Below are positions 1-13,400 of a DNA stretch of 64,000 nt, in pieces. The position numbers were made by a program, and so were the translations under genes. Source of the stretch: Octopus vulgaris (lineage: Eukaryota); contig OX597820.1 of assembly GCA_951406725.2 (NCBI GenBank), positions 68,510,001 through 68,574,000 of the forward strand. The letters are read 5' to 3'. The stretch's first letter is position 1. Each line of letters starts with the position of its first letter. The notes beneath the pieces are model-generated. The model was not told where the DNA came from, searched no databases, and worked only from the letters and a program-made list of their open reading frames with translations.

Positions 1-1674
1 AGCACGTGCAACTGTTCAAATTTGTCTCTGTAAGAGAATACCTATAGGGTATGGCACTACACTGCCTCTCAAGATTACATGATATACTTAGTTCATAATT
101 TCTACCTTACTTAAAACGATATCATATCACAGAATGTACTGATTGTATTAAATATCAATAGTAGCTTCTTTATATTTTTTAATAAAGCAAATTGGATATC
201 TTTTTTTAAAATTTTACTTTAGAATATTTTACATGAAAAATATCACGCTTTTACTTATTGCTAAAATTTCCCATCAAATAGATTTGAAGATCAATAGTGT
301 TTCTTAACGTATCAGTAAAGTTATTTAATGGATATATATTCACTTCCGCAAAGGCGGTTGAATAATGTTGTAAGCTTTAACAGAAAAGATAAGCAAATTA
401 TAAATAAGCAGAGAATATCACACAGAATGTATGTAACGTGGCTAACAACTCAAAATATTCTAATGTTGTCTTAGAATTTCGTTCCTAAGATTTTAACCAA
501 AGTTTAGATCTAGTTGATCTATCACAAAAGGCGCGCCACACATGCCCATACTGTATATGATTTAACCATAGTATAATTGAAGTTACATTATATTAAGTAT
601 TCATCATCTATTTTAAGATAGCATGATATGATGTTTTGAGGTTCATGTGATTGCTATTTTTAGCTGGCTGGAAGCCTGCCCACGCAAGTTCCATAATGGT
701 TTCGTATTAATACCAGTCATACATTAAGACCTATCAATTCTCTAATACTATTTCTCTATATTTAGTCTTATGCCGTAGCCGATAATTCACGACTGAGCCA
801 ACTTAATAGTTAAAACTTCTGAGAAAATAAATTAAACTTCTCATTTTCCATAAACATTTACCATTCTCTTCACTGCGAATGTGTTCTTCAGGTAATTTCT
901 ATATACTCATATCTATCACGAGACAAAAAAGAGAAGTAAATGAAGATTAGTTGATGTATAATATATATAATTATTCTTACAATATTCTACCATATTTTTT
1001 GCTCATGCTCTCCACTGGAAGTATGGCATTTTATTGCAATCACCAAAACAGTCATAATTTGAAAACGAGATTTTTTTTTCTCTATTCGTATCCAGCACGA
1101 ATGTATTCTTTTCTATCATTTTCTAATAATATTCTTTTATTTTCCACAACGATAATTTAATAATTCTTAGGATAGTATTCCTTTAGTATATCACAAAGGG
1201 AATGCTTTACTTTTCCGCATTTGTAATAATATATTCTACATCTTCTTTGTATTATCCTACATACAGATATTTGCTAGTAATCTTATCCTTCATACGGTTT
1301 ATCTTTTTTTCCCTCTGCATCACACAGAATGTGTCTGTACACGATCTTCTGAATTTTGTTACTAATGGTTTATAATGCTACTCTGTAAAACCTCAAGGAT
1401 GAAGTGGTTAAATTATTCGGCACTTCCTTGAAGTGTAAAATATTAACATCAGTTGAGAAATAATGCCAAGGATTCTTTACATTCTTATCTCATTTCTGAT
1501 TTCTTTATATATTCACTTCCACGAAACGTGTATTACGGATTCGAATTACCACCACTAATCAATCGAATTTCACTGAAGTGATTCTACTCTAAGTAATATT
1601 TTACTTAATGAAATACACCAGCATATATATGCATATATATATATACGCGTATATATATATATATATATATATAT

Positions 1675-1807
1675 ACGACAGGGTTTCAGTTTCCGTCTAC
1701 CAAATCCACCCAAAAGGCATTGGTCGGCCCGGGGCTATAGCAGAAGGCACTTGCCCAAGATGCCACGCAGTGGGACTGAACCCGGAACCATGTGGTTGGT
1801 TAGCAAG

Positions 1808-1810
<3 letters not shown>
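1675..1810 (-). mobile_element. tRNA-derived SINE, family A, 5' portion
   Basis: Reverse strand reads ...taaccaaccacatggttccgggttcagtcccactgcgtggcatcttgggcaagtgcc (B-box-like GGTTCAGTCCC). The same sequence recurs at 11365, 13012, 35600 and 42908. Confidence 0.8.
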
Positions 1811-1874
<64 letters not shown>

Positions 1875-2066
1875 TATATATGTACATGTCACTGTGAAAT
1901 GGTGTCTTTTGAAGACTTTTCGAAAGGCTGGAATAAGGGGTCGAAGCGAATGGCTTCAATACCATTTAGAATCTCTACGGTCTGGTGCGCTCTCAACTCA
2001 AGTTTACACGAAAATATTTCGCAGGATGTCATTCACAGAGACTGTGTCTATGATCTTGTATATGTA

Positions 2067-2690
2067 TACGAGGTCTGATCAATAAGTATCCTGACTGTTG
2101 GTATAGTAACGAAGCTAAAGCATACAGAGTAAAGTTACTAGGCAAAGATTGACCTTAAACTCTGCTGTGCATGTGCACTATGTTTTAACGTTCTAGCTCA
2201 CTTCCGCTGTTTACAACAGTGCTTGGAAGGAAGGTATGTAGCGTGTGATTGTCGCATTGACCATGATAAAGTTTTCTTGGTGATACCTTCCCAGAGACCT
2301 ACGCAATGTTTCAGAAAGTGTATGAAGAGGTGTATATGAGCCGCACACAGTTGTACGAGTGGTTCAGACGTTTAAAAGATAGCCGATTAGAATGTCAATA
2401 TTGACGAAAGTTCTGGGAGACCCGCAACCAGAACTGAGTAAAACATCGCAGAAATGCGTGCAGCTGTGAGAAGAAATCATCGAATCACTATGTGTGAGTT
2501 ATCAGGGGATGTGCAGATTATGTACGGTTCAGTTCAGGCCATTATCACCGAAGAGTTGGGTATGAGACGCGTGTCTGCTAACTTTCTGCGAAGACTACTT
2601 TCAACTGCCCAAAATGACACTTGGGTTTCAGTTGCACAAGATCTCCTTGATTGTGTCGAGAATGAGGAAAACTTTTTGAAAATTTTACAT
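2067..2690 (+). mobile_element. Mariner-like DNA transposon, 5' fragment with decayed transposase N-terminus
   Basis: TA followed by TIR-like cgaggtctgatcaataagtatcc. ORF 2454-2714 (RITMCELS...GSVQAIITEELGMRRVSANFLRRLL) matches the mariner second HTH and the WVPRxL linker. Confidence 0.8.
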
Positions 2691-2816
2691 AGTCCTCTGA
2701 ACTGGTCCAGCTAGGGGCCTCATCCTCACAGATCGTCATCGACGGGCACGTCTAAGTGGGGTCAAAAACGTCAGAAGTGGTGATATCAGCAGTGGAGGAC
2801 TGTGGTCTACTCTGAC

Positions 2817-2894
<78 letters not shown>

Positions 2895-3009
2895 TGTATG
2901 TATGTATGTATGTATATATGTATGTATGTATGTATGTATGTGTATGTATGTATGCATGTATGTATGTATGTATGTATGTATGTATATATATGTATGTATG
3001 TATATATAT

Positions 3010-3849
3010 ATACTACAAAAGAAACGTCGCACTGTAAAAGATTATTTCTTTCACACATGAAATTAAGATTATATGGATTTTAACACATTTCTAGGTAATT
3101 TGACAGCAGGAAGATGTCATACCACCACACTCTTTTGAAAAAATATGTATGGCGTGTGGAATTCGAACTCGCTCACTTTTCGTGAACATGGTGACGCTCG
3201 CGAACGCATCATTACGAAAAGCACGATGCTCGTGCAAAATGTTGAATTATTGGGTATGAAAACATCCAAATTTATCTGTCATTCGTTTCCCGAACGCAGC
3301 AAGCATGGCGGAACTGACACGAAATCAGAGGGAGCAAGCCATCGAATGTTTCCATGTTGGTCAACGTCCATGGGTCATTGCTAATGATTTGAATTGCAGT
3401 ATTCGGACAATTGAGCAACTGGGGGGGGGGGGCAATATAGTTCCACAAACAGCACTGATGATCGTCCACAAAGTGACCAATCAAGGGTTACAACGGCACG
3501 TGAATATCGCCACCTTCACCGACAGTATTTGAAGGACTGATTCCGAGGGCAACGGAATCAGTTAGGTAGACCATAGGGACTCACCACAGACCCATTTTTG
3601 CAAAGACAGTTCACCGCCAGTTGAGATTTTCCAATGTCTTGTTGATATCCGACTAGGGGCCCCATCTTCACAGATCGTCATCGATGGGCACGTCTGTAGT
3701 GGGGTCAAAAACGTCAGAACTGGTGATGTCAGCAGTGGACATCATGCTGATGGCTGTGTGGTGAAGAGAGACTCATGGGGAGAACAGAGCATCATGGTAT
3801 GGGGCGGGATTGCACTCAACCAGAAAATTGGGTCGGTGGTCTTCCAAAA

Positions 3850-3852
<3 letters not shown>
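3010..3852 (+). mobile_element. Tc1-like DNA transposon remnant, internally deleted
   Basis: TA-flanked. MAELTRNQREQAIECFHVGQRPWVIANDLNCSIRTIEQL is paired-like HTH. Further motifs P-I-F-T-D-R-H-R-W-A-R-L-x-W and MVWGGI are typical of Tc1 transposases. Frameshifted. Confidence 0.75.
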
Positions 3853-3889
<37 letters not shown>

Positions 3890-3890
<1 letters not shown>

Positions 3891-4012
3891 TGGCACTCCG
3901 GGGGTTACGACGACGCGGGTTCCAGTTGATCTAATCAACGGAGCAGCCTGCTCATGAATTTAACGTACAAGTGGCTGAGCACTCCACTGAAACATGTACC
4001 CATAACGTAGTT
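3890..4012 (-). mobile_element. SINE 3' fragment, probably family C body/tail
   Basis: GC-richer segment abutting (TA)n and recognised as a SINE-type body; no second copy of this part in the window. Confidence 0.45.
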
Positions 4013-4197
4013 ATATTTATTTAGTATTGCCTTAGTTGCTTAAACTTCATATCTATCTATCTATGCATATATATATAAATATATACATTTACAAATATAA
4101 CATACATACATAGTGTTATGGCTAAGATCAAGATCCAATATCTACTCCTAACAGTTTAATTTATATATATATATATATATATACATATATATAATAA

Positions 4198-4447
4198 ATG
4201 CGCTCTTTTAAAGCCTAGCCAGGCTCATGGGCTAAGTTTCTAAGTTCCCAGTTTCTAAGACGTATGTGTTCCCCAGCTGGACGGGACGCCATTCCAACGC
4301 AGCGTTACTCATTTTTGGCAGCTGAGTGGACTGGAGCAAGGTGAGATGAAGTGTTTTGGTCAAGAACACAACGCCCGGTCCAGGAATCTAAACCACAATC
4401 TTACGATCATGATGCTGACACCCTAACCACTAAGCCACGCGCCTCCA
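4198..4447 (-). mobile_element. tRNA-derived SINE (family D)
   Basis: Reverse strand ggaggcgcgTGGCTTAGTGGttagggtg...GGTTTAGATTCCtggaccggg gives Pol III A and B boxes, followed by a conserved-core-like body (ccagtccactcagctgccaaaaatgagta). Confidence 0.75.
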
Positions 4448-4455
4448 CTTTAATT

Positions 4456-4496
<41 letters not shown>

Positions 4497-4571
4497 GTAT
4501 GTATGTAAATATGTGTGTATGGATGTATATATATATACATAGATATAGATATACACACATATGTATATGTT

Positions 4572-4855
4572 ACCGACCAGGATATCAGATTGTGCTACAC
4601 ATCGCTAGTCACAATGCGCTTCGCATTGTTTTAGCCTTCAAATGACGCCACACCGCTGGCTAAGCGAGAAGGCCACCAGAAGAAAGAGTGAGAGAAAGTT
4701 GTGGGGAAAGAGTACAGCAGGGATCGCCACAACCCCATGCCGGTGCCTCGGTGTTTTCGCTCAATAATCACTCACAACGCCCGGTCTGGGAATCCAAACC
4801 GCGATCCTACACCTGCGAGTCCGCTGCCCTAACCACTGGGCCATTGCGCCTCCAC
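4572..4855 (-). mobile_element. tRNA-derived SINE (family C)
   Basis: Reverse strand ggaggcgcaaTGGCCCAGTGGttagggcagcggactcgc...GGTTTGGATTCCcagaccggg gives A and B boxes. The head recurs at 41750-41883. Confidence 0.8.
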
Positions 4856-4874
4856 ATATATACATGTATATGCA

Positions 4875-4918
<44 letters not shown>

Positions 4919-4947
4919 TATACATATATATATACATATATATATAC

Positions 4948-5054
<107 letters not shown>

Positions 5055-5087
5055 TATATATATACACACATATACATGTATACATAT

Positions 5088-5120
<33 letters not shown>

Positions 5121-6238
5121 AAGTGAGAGAGAAAGTGCAGGTCATACCGCTCACTGGTTGATTTTTGTGGCAGTCGCATATATTGCCGAACTATTGATTG
5201 GAGGTCCATAAAGTGATGTCTTTATTTGTATTTATTTGTAAATTTTGTCATTTTGTTATTCTAATAGTGTCTGTACTATCATTAGTCATTGCTGTAATCT
5301 TCAGTCGCCATTTCAACATCCTTTATCACATTCATCGTTAGCATCATCATTTTGTCTTCAAAGTATCATTAGAAATTGGCGGATAGGTGGTAAGCAATTT
5401 AGTTGTAGCCACAATTAGTTTGTGGCATATTCATAAGATCTATATATCTCCAGCTGATAAGCCAGTTCTCTCCAGAGGCAATATTTTGATCTGTGTGTTT
5501 AATCAATATAGTAAAAAAAAAATAAAGAAAGAATCTCTACCCTCCAAAAAAAAAAAAAAAACTGAGCTGAGCAGAAGTAACGATGTGTAGAATAATTTCC
5601 CTTTACTAACCCTTGAGCTATTAAATAACACAATTCTTTAGAAGAAACAAAACGAAAACAAACAAAAATACATTAATTTCTTAGATATATGAGCGAGGTT
5701 AGCAAACCATTGAAAAACAAAGTCGTAGACTTTAGTTTCATATCGTGTGGTTGGTGAAACGACGCCACAATGTAGAGTAAAACAGATTTATCTTTACGTT
5801 ATTCTAATAGCTATTTCTTATCAAGAAAAATAATCCATTAGTTTGCTCCAAGTCATTCACACAAGTTTGGACCAATTTCTGCATTACTGTTTTTTTTCTT
5901 CTCGTATGTTGAAAAGCAAAAATGAAACAAAACACACCAAAATCACTTTTGATGGAAAGATTAAAGAAAGACACCTTTAATAGAGATTTAAAATAGAAAT
6001 GTTGATTAAGACCAGGATTCTAATTAGGCTTAAGACTTAAATTTAATTATTTTAGGCAAACGGAACCATTCATTGTCTTCAAAGAATTTTTTATATAACA
6101 TTACTTGCGAAGAACGAAGAAGAAAAGTTCGTCGTTGCAGTATATACCAGTCATACAAACATGCAGATTTAGATAGTGTAATCAATATGCAGTATGTATA
6201 GATACATATCAATGTGTGGATATCTATCTGTCTGTGTG

Positions 6239-6269
<31 letters not shown>

Positions 6270-6337
6270 ATTATTCAATGTATGTGTGTGTGTGTAAATG
6301 TATCTATCTACCTATACATACATACACACACACACAT

Positions 6338-6463
<126 letters not shown>

Positions 6464-7581
6464 ATATATATATATATTTGAATATACCTTGAATATATGC
6501 ATATACAAATATATATATGCATATATATACATATATGTATGTATATATGCATGTAAGTATTCTAAGAGAGTGCTAGTGAAAGAGAAATGTGCAGATATGT
6601 GTGCCTATATGCGTATGTTTGAGTATATGTTCCAATATATATGCGTGTGCATGTGTTAGTAAGTGATGAGACTTTGCAAAATCCCGTTGTGGTAATTCTC
6701 TCTGAAGAAGAATTATTAGAATAAAAGAAAAAAATAGTACACACACACAAACACACACGCAGAGACAACATAATCGCAAATATACATGCATATACCCACA
6801 TACATACACACACGCATATATGTATGTATATATACACACACACACACACACACACAGATATACAGGCAATGTGAGATGAAAGGATAAAAAGGAAACGAGT
6901 TTTACAAAGAAAGCAAAATAGGGTTATGGAAAAGGTGATACCACAGGGAAATCATTGGAGTCGAGTTAATCAGAAGCAGGCAACGATGCACCTGCCGAAC
7001 AAGTGGTGCGTACATATCTCTAAAAATACACAACCAAACAAATTTAAATTCTTATCACAGTTTCAATTTCTAAAGCTGTTGTTTTTATATTGAAGTCACT
7101 GGGTCAGCATATTCTAATATCTTCAGCATTATCATATGCGATTTCACACACCTCATAGTCTCTAATTTTAGTTACATTGTATAAAGGTTTTATTTCTATC
7201 ACACCTTCTCTCCAGCATTTCTTTTTCTTGTTTCAGTTTTAGTTTTAAACTTATATTCCATTCCTACCTTTCTCTTCGTTTGCATTTCTTTATCATTCCC
7301 TTCCCCTCCTCCTCCTCCTCCTCCTCCTCCTCTCTCTCTCGCTCTCTCCCCCCACGTATCCGTATGTTGGAGAGTCTGTGTATGTCAGGGTGTGTTTCAA
7401 GTGTTGGCTGTGCACACTACGGAAATTCTAGAGTAACCAGCCAGAGATGGCGCTTAAATAACCATATATATGTATGTATACACACACACGCACCCACACA
7501 ACCATATACATTTATCCATATACATATATCCATATATATATATACATATACATATATATATATATATATATAAATATACAT

Positions 7582-7643
<62 letters not shown>

Positions 7644-7724
7644 GAATATATATACATATATATATATATATGTACATACGTATATATATATATATATATA
7701 TGCACATATATATACATACATACA

Positions 7725-7765
<41 letters not shown>

Positions 7766-8195
7766 CACGCACATATATAAATATATAGGTGCATGTATAT
7801 AGTTGAGGGAATCATACCTCGATTTTGAATATGAACGTCGAGTTGTTCGACAAAGGGAACAAACTTTTCGTTCTTCGAATTCTATACGAAAGGAGGATCC
7901 ACGGTCATATCATCCTTTAACATAATTCCCATACAGAATCACCGTGACGCGGATAGAAAATGCTGGCCATTACAACTGACGAGTTCCTGCATTTCACTAA
8001 CAATACGAGAATCGATTTCAAGTAAGGAAACTTAACTAAAGTTATAAGCATTCTTATCGAATCAAAAGCCTCATGATTTCCAAAAATATTTTCTGGACAT
8101 GATTGCCTCAAAATATTTATAGACACGTCTGTCTGTGTGTCTGTGTGTCTGTCTGTGTGTCTGTCTGTCTGTCTGTTTATCTTTCTCTCCTTCTG

Positions 8196-8271
<76 letters not shown>

Positions 8272-8371
8272 ACTAACTATCTATCTATCTATCCAGGAGG
8301 AGATGGTGAAAAGTTCCTGCCTTTAAGGGTATCGCGAATGGCATGGTTGCAGACCCAAACTTCCGAGTTCC

Positions 8372-8415
<44 letters not shown>

Positions 8416-9084
8416 AATTAAGGACTGAACACGAAAAGTGGACAGTCAACATGCTAGATATAGACGTCAAATTGCCATTCTCCACAAAAGATTATGTTCT
8501 CAAATGTTTTGTGCTGAGTTTGATTTAAATAACATTATGTTTATTTAATTTAGTGATCTTTTGAATAATATTTGTTATGGTATATTTAAATTTTTCGATA
8601 TGATATAGATAAAGTCTTTCACTATTTAATTACTAAATAGAGGTTATTTCTCTTAATTACATACATACATGCACACACACACACATTATTGTATCTGGAG
8701 GGAGGGAGTCATTCTTATCATTTTAATACACTCATCGGTGTGATTTCCGCTCATTTACATATTTACGTTTATTAAAATTCTCGTTGGGTTTGCAACCTTT
8801 CAAACAGTCGTTGACTCTGTCCATTATTAGCACTGCGTTGTGTTTTTTGTTTGTTTTACGTGCATGCGTGTGCGTCAGTGTGCGTGCGCATACACAGATG
8901 TATGTATCCGTGGCTGTAGATGTTGCCGGCTTCTTCATGACTTGGTGGGACAGAAAACTAAAACAATCCTCAGGCGAACAATCTACTACTGTTTTACTGT
9001 ACTCTAGTTGTGTAGATGACGTTAACATTCTAGTTAGGACAAACTCTTGTAACTGCAATGTAGAAACCGAAAGAAGCAAAATGG

Positions 9085-9385
9085 AGAGCATCCAGCGTGG
9101 TAAGAGGCTTGCTTCGCAACCAAATGGTACTGAGTTCAGTCCCACAACGTGGCACTATTGCGAGTGGACTTAGTAGACGGAAACTGAAAGTAGCCCGTTA
9201 TAGACGTATATATATAGAGGGGGGTGTATGCCGCTTGACAATCGGTGTTCGTGTGTTTACGTTCCTGTAATCTAGCGGTTCTGCATTAAAAATAAAAGTT
9301 CTGTGGTCAATTATCCGTTCCAGTCGGTGCTCCAGCATAGCCGCAGTCTAATGACTGAAACAGTTATAAGAATAAAAGAGCAAAA
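9085..9385 (+). mobile_element. SINE family A, degenerate with deletions
   Basis: Similarity to other family A copies (gacggaaactgaaagtagcccg; ggtgctccagcatagccgcagtctaatgactgaaaca). Confidence 0.7.
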
Positions 9386-9437
9386 GAATCTACCGAGAGA
9401 GAGGTGAAGGAGTAAGAGGGAAAGAGAGAGCAAGAAA

Positions 9438-9494
<57 letters not shown>

Positions 9495-9523
9495 GTTTAT
9501 AGGTCGTTGTATTTTGTTGTTTT

Positions 9524-9932
9524 AGCTAGCAGAATCGTTAGCACGTCGGGCGAAATGCTTAGACGTATTTCGGCTGCGTTACGTTGTGAGTTCAAATTCC
9601 GCCGAGGTCGACTTTGCCTTTCATCCTTTCGGGGCCGATAAATTAAGTACCAGTTACGTACTGGGGTCGATGTAATCGACTTAATACCTATGTCTGTCCT
9701 TGTTTGTCCGCTCTGTGTTTAGCCCCTTGTGGGTAATAAAGAAATAGGTATTTCGGCTGCCGTTACGTTTTGAGTTCAAATTCCGCCGAGGTCGACTTTG
9801 CCCTTCATCCTTTCGGGGTCGATAAATTAAGTACCAGTTAAACACTGGGGTCTATATAATCGACTTAATACCTATGTCTGTCCATGTTTGTCTCCTATAT
9901 GTTTAGCCCCTTGTGGGTAATAAAGAAATAGG
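9524..9932 (+). mobile_element. tRNA-derived SINE family B, with tandem duplication of the body
   Basis: agctagcagaatcgttagcacg...GAGTTCAAATTCCgccgaggtcgactttgcc. The ~190-bp body occurs twice (about 9565-9750 and 9750-9932). Confidence 0.8.
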
Positions 9933-9987
9933 TATTATTCAGTATCACCATATGTTTCGATATTGACATTAAAATAATCATTAAATA

Positions 9988-10150
9988 TTCTTTTCTACTC
10001 TAGGCAAAAGGCGGAAATTTTTGGGGAGAGAACTAATCGATTAGATCGACCCCAGTACGCAACTGGTACTTAATTTATCGACCCCGAAAGGATGGAAGGC
10101 AAAGTCGACCTCGGCGAAATTTGAACTTAGAACGTAAAGACAGACGAAAA
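9988..10150 (-). mobile_element. SINE family B, partial
   Basis: Reverse complement of the 9524-9932 body (gaccccgaaaggatggaaggcaaagtcgacctcggcg). Confidence 0.75.
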
Positions 10151-10539
10151 ATAATTATTGAATATTGTAATTAAATGTAGATTTGGATACAGTAACTCAA
10201 GAAAACATTTAAGTCTCTGCGGTTTGATTTCAAATCAAGTCTGTCAATTGAAATATTTGACACTCCTACTTGGAGTTGCCGCTGATAAATGGTATCAGAA
10301 ATTTTAGTCTACGGAAACACCGTTTCCTTGCCTCGACTGTCATCAAATTTTCACTATCATGGAGATATAGGTACCACCCAAAATATTTGTATGTTCAAGA
10401 TTATCCTAGGTCTGATGTCTCCTGTCGGTAAAGAGAGCTGAATGAAGACAGTTGAAGACAATGTAAAAGTAATACCTACGTAGGTATCAAGAAACATCTT
10501 TTTGCACTGATTTTTGTATGAAATAATATTTGTATGTAT

Positions 10540-10772
10540 ATATTTCTTTACTACCCACAAGGGGCTAAACACAGAGGGGACAAACAAGGACAGACAAACG
10601 GATTAAGTCGATTACATCGACCCCAGTGCGTAACTGGTAATTAATTTGTCGACCCCGAAAGGATGAAAGGCAAAGTCGACCTCACCGAAATTTGAACTCA
10701 GAACGTAACGGCGGACGAAATACGGCTACGCATTTCGCCCGGCGTGCTAATGTTTCTGCCAACTCGCCGGCT
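10540..10772 (-). mobile_element. SINE family B
   Basis: Reverse complement of family B head and body. Confidence 0.8.
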
Positions 10773-11151
10773 TATAATATTTGTATGTATATGTGTGTGA
10801 TCGCACACCCCGCCACAACACATGTCGTTCAAATTTACAGAAAATAAAAGACAGGTGTAGGAACAACACACAGTTATATGAAGAAAAATATGGTAGTCAG
10901 GATGTGGAGAAATATTATGCATTTAACGCTTTCGTCCCTTTCAGGGATTAAATCCTCATTCTTGGTGAATTTCCTGAAATATATGAACGAGCTACATAAA
11001 CAGCTTTTATCCAAAACCTGACTACCTTCTTTTTCTTAATATATATATATATATAGAATCTGTACACAACTTCAAACTGATCACCACCTCAAGTGACCTG
11101 ATCTGAGTTCGTGTGCTGAAGCAAAAACAATTGCAGCATGGAAAAACACAC

Positions 11152-11367
11152 AAGCCATTGAAAAACACACAAAAGCCGTTCGATTCATTTCAACATTTAA
11201 TTTTAATTTGTCAAAATATTTTCGCTGCTTTGAAACTGCGACCTGTTCCGTGCAGCATGGAGTTTTGTCAGAGAACAGGTCGCGGTCTCAAAGCGACGAC
11301 AATATTTTGACAAATTAAATTTAAATGTTGAAACGAATCTAACGTTTTTTGTGTTTTTAAATGGCTT
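11152..11367. mobile_element. Fold-back (palindromic) MITE-like element
   Basis: Inverted arms of ~95 bp (11152-11248 vs 11273-11367) around a 24-nt spacer. Confidence 0.75.
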
Positions 11368-11756
11368 ACTCTTTTTACTTGTTTCAGTCATTTGACTGCA
11401 GCCATGCTGGAGCACTGCCTTTAGTCGAGCAAATTGAACCCAGGACTTATTCTTTGGAAGCCTAGTACTTATTCTATCGGTCTCTTTTGCAGAAAAGCTA
11501 AGTTACGGGGATGTAAACACACCACCATCGGTTGTCAAGCAATGTTGGGGGAGAAACAAAGACGCACAAACATATACTCACATATACATATATACGACGG
11601 GCTTCTTTCAGTTCCCGTCTAGCAAATCCACTCACAAGGCTTGCATCGGCCCGAGACTATAGTAGATGACACTTGCCCAATCGCCACGTAGTGGGAATGA
11701 ACCCGGAACCATGTAGTTGGTAAGCAAACTACTTACCACACAGCCACTCCTGCGCC
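11365..11756 (-). mobile_element. SINE family A, near full length
   Basis: Reverse strand begins ggcgcaggagtggctgtgtggtaagtag...ggttccgggttcattccc and ends gactgaaacaagtaaaaagag. Confidence 0.85.
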
Positions 11757-12281
11757 TAAAAAATAGGTAATAGATGTAAATGCATATTTCAAAGTTTATT
11801 ACCCTTTCATCAGCACTGCATCTAACATAGCATCAAATAAATTATTTGATACTTGTATAAGTGTTTTCTTTATGAGATATATATTATTCTGGTTATTGAA
11901 CGTCATAACAAGTTACCAAAACTTTTCTCGACTGAAAGTCGCAGCTATGTTTGGTACTTTGACCGGCAGTCACCACTGGTGAAGATTCTTGCCTATCAAT
12001 TAATATACTGTATTTTCAAATAAGATCAATACTTGGTCGAATATGGCAGCAGTGAATCCGAGATGTAGTTTTGTTTAAGCTTATTGTGTCAGAATATTCT
12101 TTATCATGCTGTACTGGGGTGATGCCAAACTGCTTCAGGAATGGATGGTAAAGAAACACAGAATATTCTAATATAAGTGATCCTTATCCTCCTTAGTGTA
12201 CGCGAAGTTGTAGAGTTTTCCAAGATGTTAAGTCATTATCATGTACCAGGAGATATCTCGCTCGCTCTCTTTCTCTTTTTT

Positions 12282-12328
<47 letters not shown>

Positions 12329-12329
12329 C

Positions 12330-12545
12330 ATCCTTTACTTGTTTCATTCATTAGACTACTTCCATCCTGGGGCAGTGGCTTGAAGAATTTTAGTCGAACG
12401 AATCGATCTAGTAGTATTTTTTCAACCCTGATACTTATCTTATCTGTCTATTTTTGCCAAACCAGGAGATATAAACTCACCAACACCGGTTGTCAAGCAG
12501 TGAATGAGGACAGATGCAGACACAAAGACGCGCACGCACACACAC
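12330..12545 (-). mobile_element. SINE family A, 3' part
   Basis: Similarity to 11365-11600. Confidence 0.65.
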
Positions 12546-12689
12546 ATTGACATTAAATTGGTTTTCTTGGAAGTGCTAACGCAATATCTACGAGAATGTT
12601 GTGATACAAATATAATTTACGCCAAATATATAGAGGGGTGCTCCAGCATGACCATGGCCGCATAGCTGAAACGTGTAAAGGTATAAATT

Positions 12690-12880
12690 GATTCCAACTT
12701 TTAGCCAGAGACCAGAAATTCTGAGGAAATCTAGAGCTCAACTGCTACTTGTTTTATCGAGCCCGAGGGGATGAATGGTAATGTCAGCCTCGGGGAAATT
12801 TGAACTCAGAACGCCGATGGAAACAACGCCACTAAGCATTATACCCGCAGTGATAACGATCCTGCCAAAGCACCGCCATG
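12690..12880 (-). mobile_element. SINE family B, degenerate
   Basis: aaatttgaactcagaacg...ctaagcatt...aacgatcctgcca...ccgcc. Confidence 0.65.
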
Positions 12881-13011
12881 TATAGAGTATATATTGGAAA
12901 ATTGTCACTATTAAAATTTCTAATTTAAGATCTTAAATTAAGCGTTTGAAATATATTCAAACCTCAAAAATTATAATATACACATCGAAACGCATGAATT
13001 TCTTTTAGATA

Positions 13012-13400
13012 GGCGGTGGAGTGGCGATATGAGTAATTTTCTTACTAACCACATGGTTCCGGCTTCAGTTCGAGTACGTGGCACCTTGGGGAACTGTTAT
13101 CTACTATAGCCTCGGGCCGACCAAAGCCTTGTGAGTGGATCTGGTAGACAGAAACTGAAAGAAGCCCGTAGTATATATATATATATATATATACATATAT
13201 ATCTGTATATGTTTGTGTGTCTGTGTTTGTCCCCCACCATCGCTTGACAAACCGATGTCGGTGTGTTTATATCCCCGGAACTTAGCGGTTCGGAAAAAGA
13301 GACATAGAATAAGTCTTGGGGTCACTTTGTTCATCTAAAGGCGGTGCTCCAGCATGGCCGCAGTAAAATGACTGAAACAATTAAAAGAATAAAAGAATAT
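13012..13400 (+). mobile_element. SINE family A
   Basis: Head, internal (TA)n/(TG)n tract and tail match the other family A copies. Confidence 0.8.

Noticed and set aside
4750-4855. tRNA genes (also other A/B-box heads)
   Set aside because: The tRNA-like heads continue into repeated SINE bodies and lack a proper acceptor stem and terminator.
7800-8125. Possible PLE RT relic on the minus strand
   Set aside because: Only faint motif resemblance (GFCMG, LDVHI); too degenerate to call.
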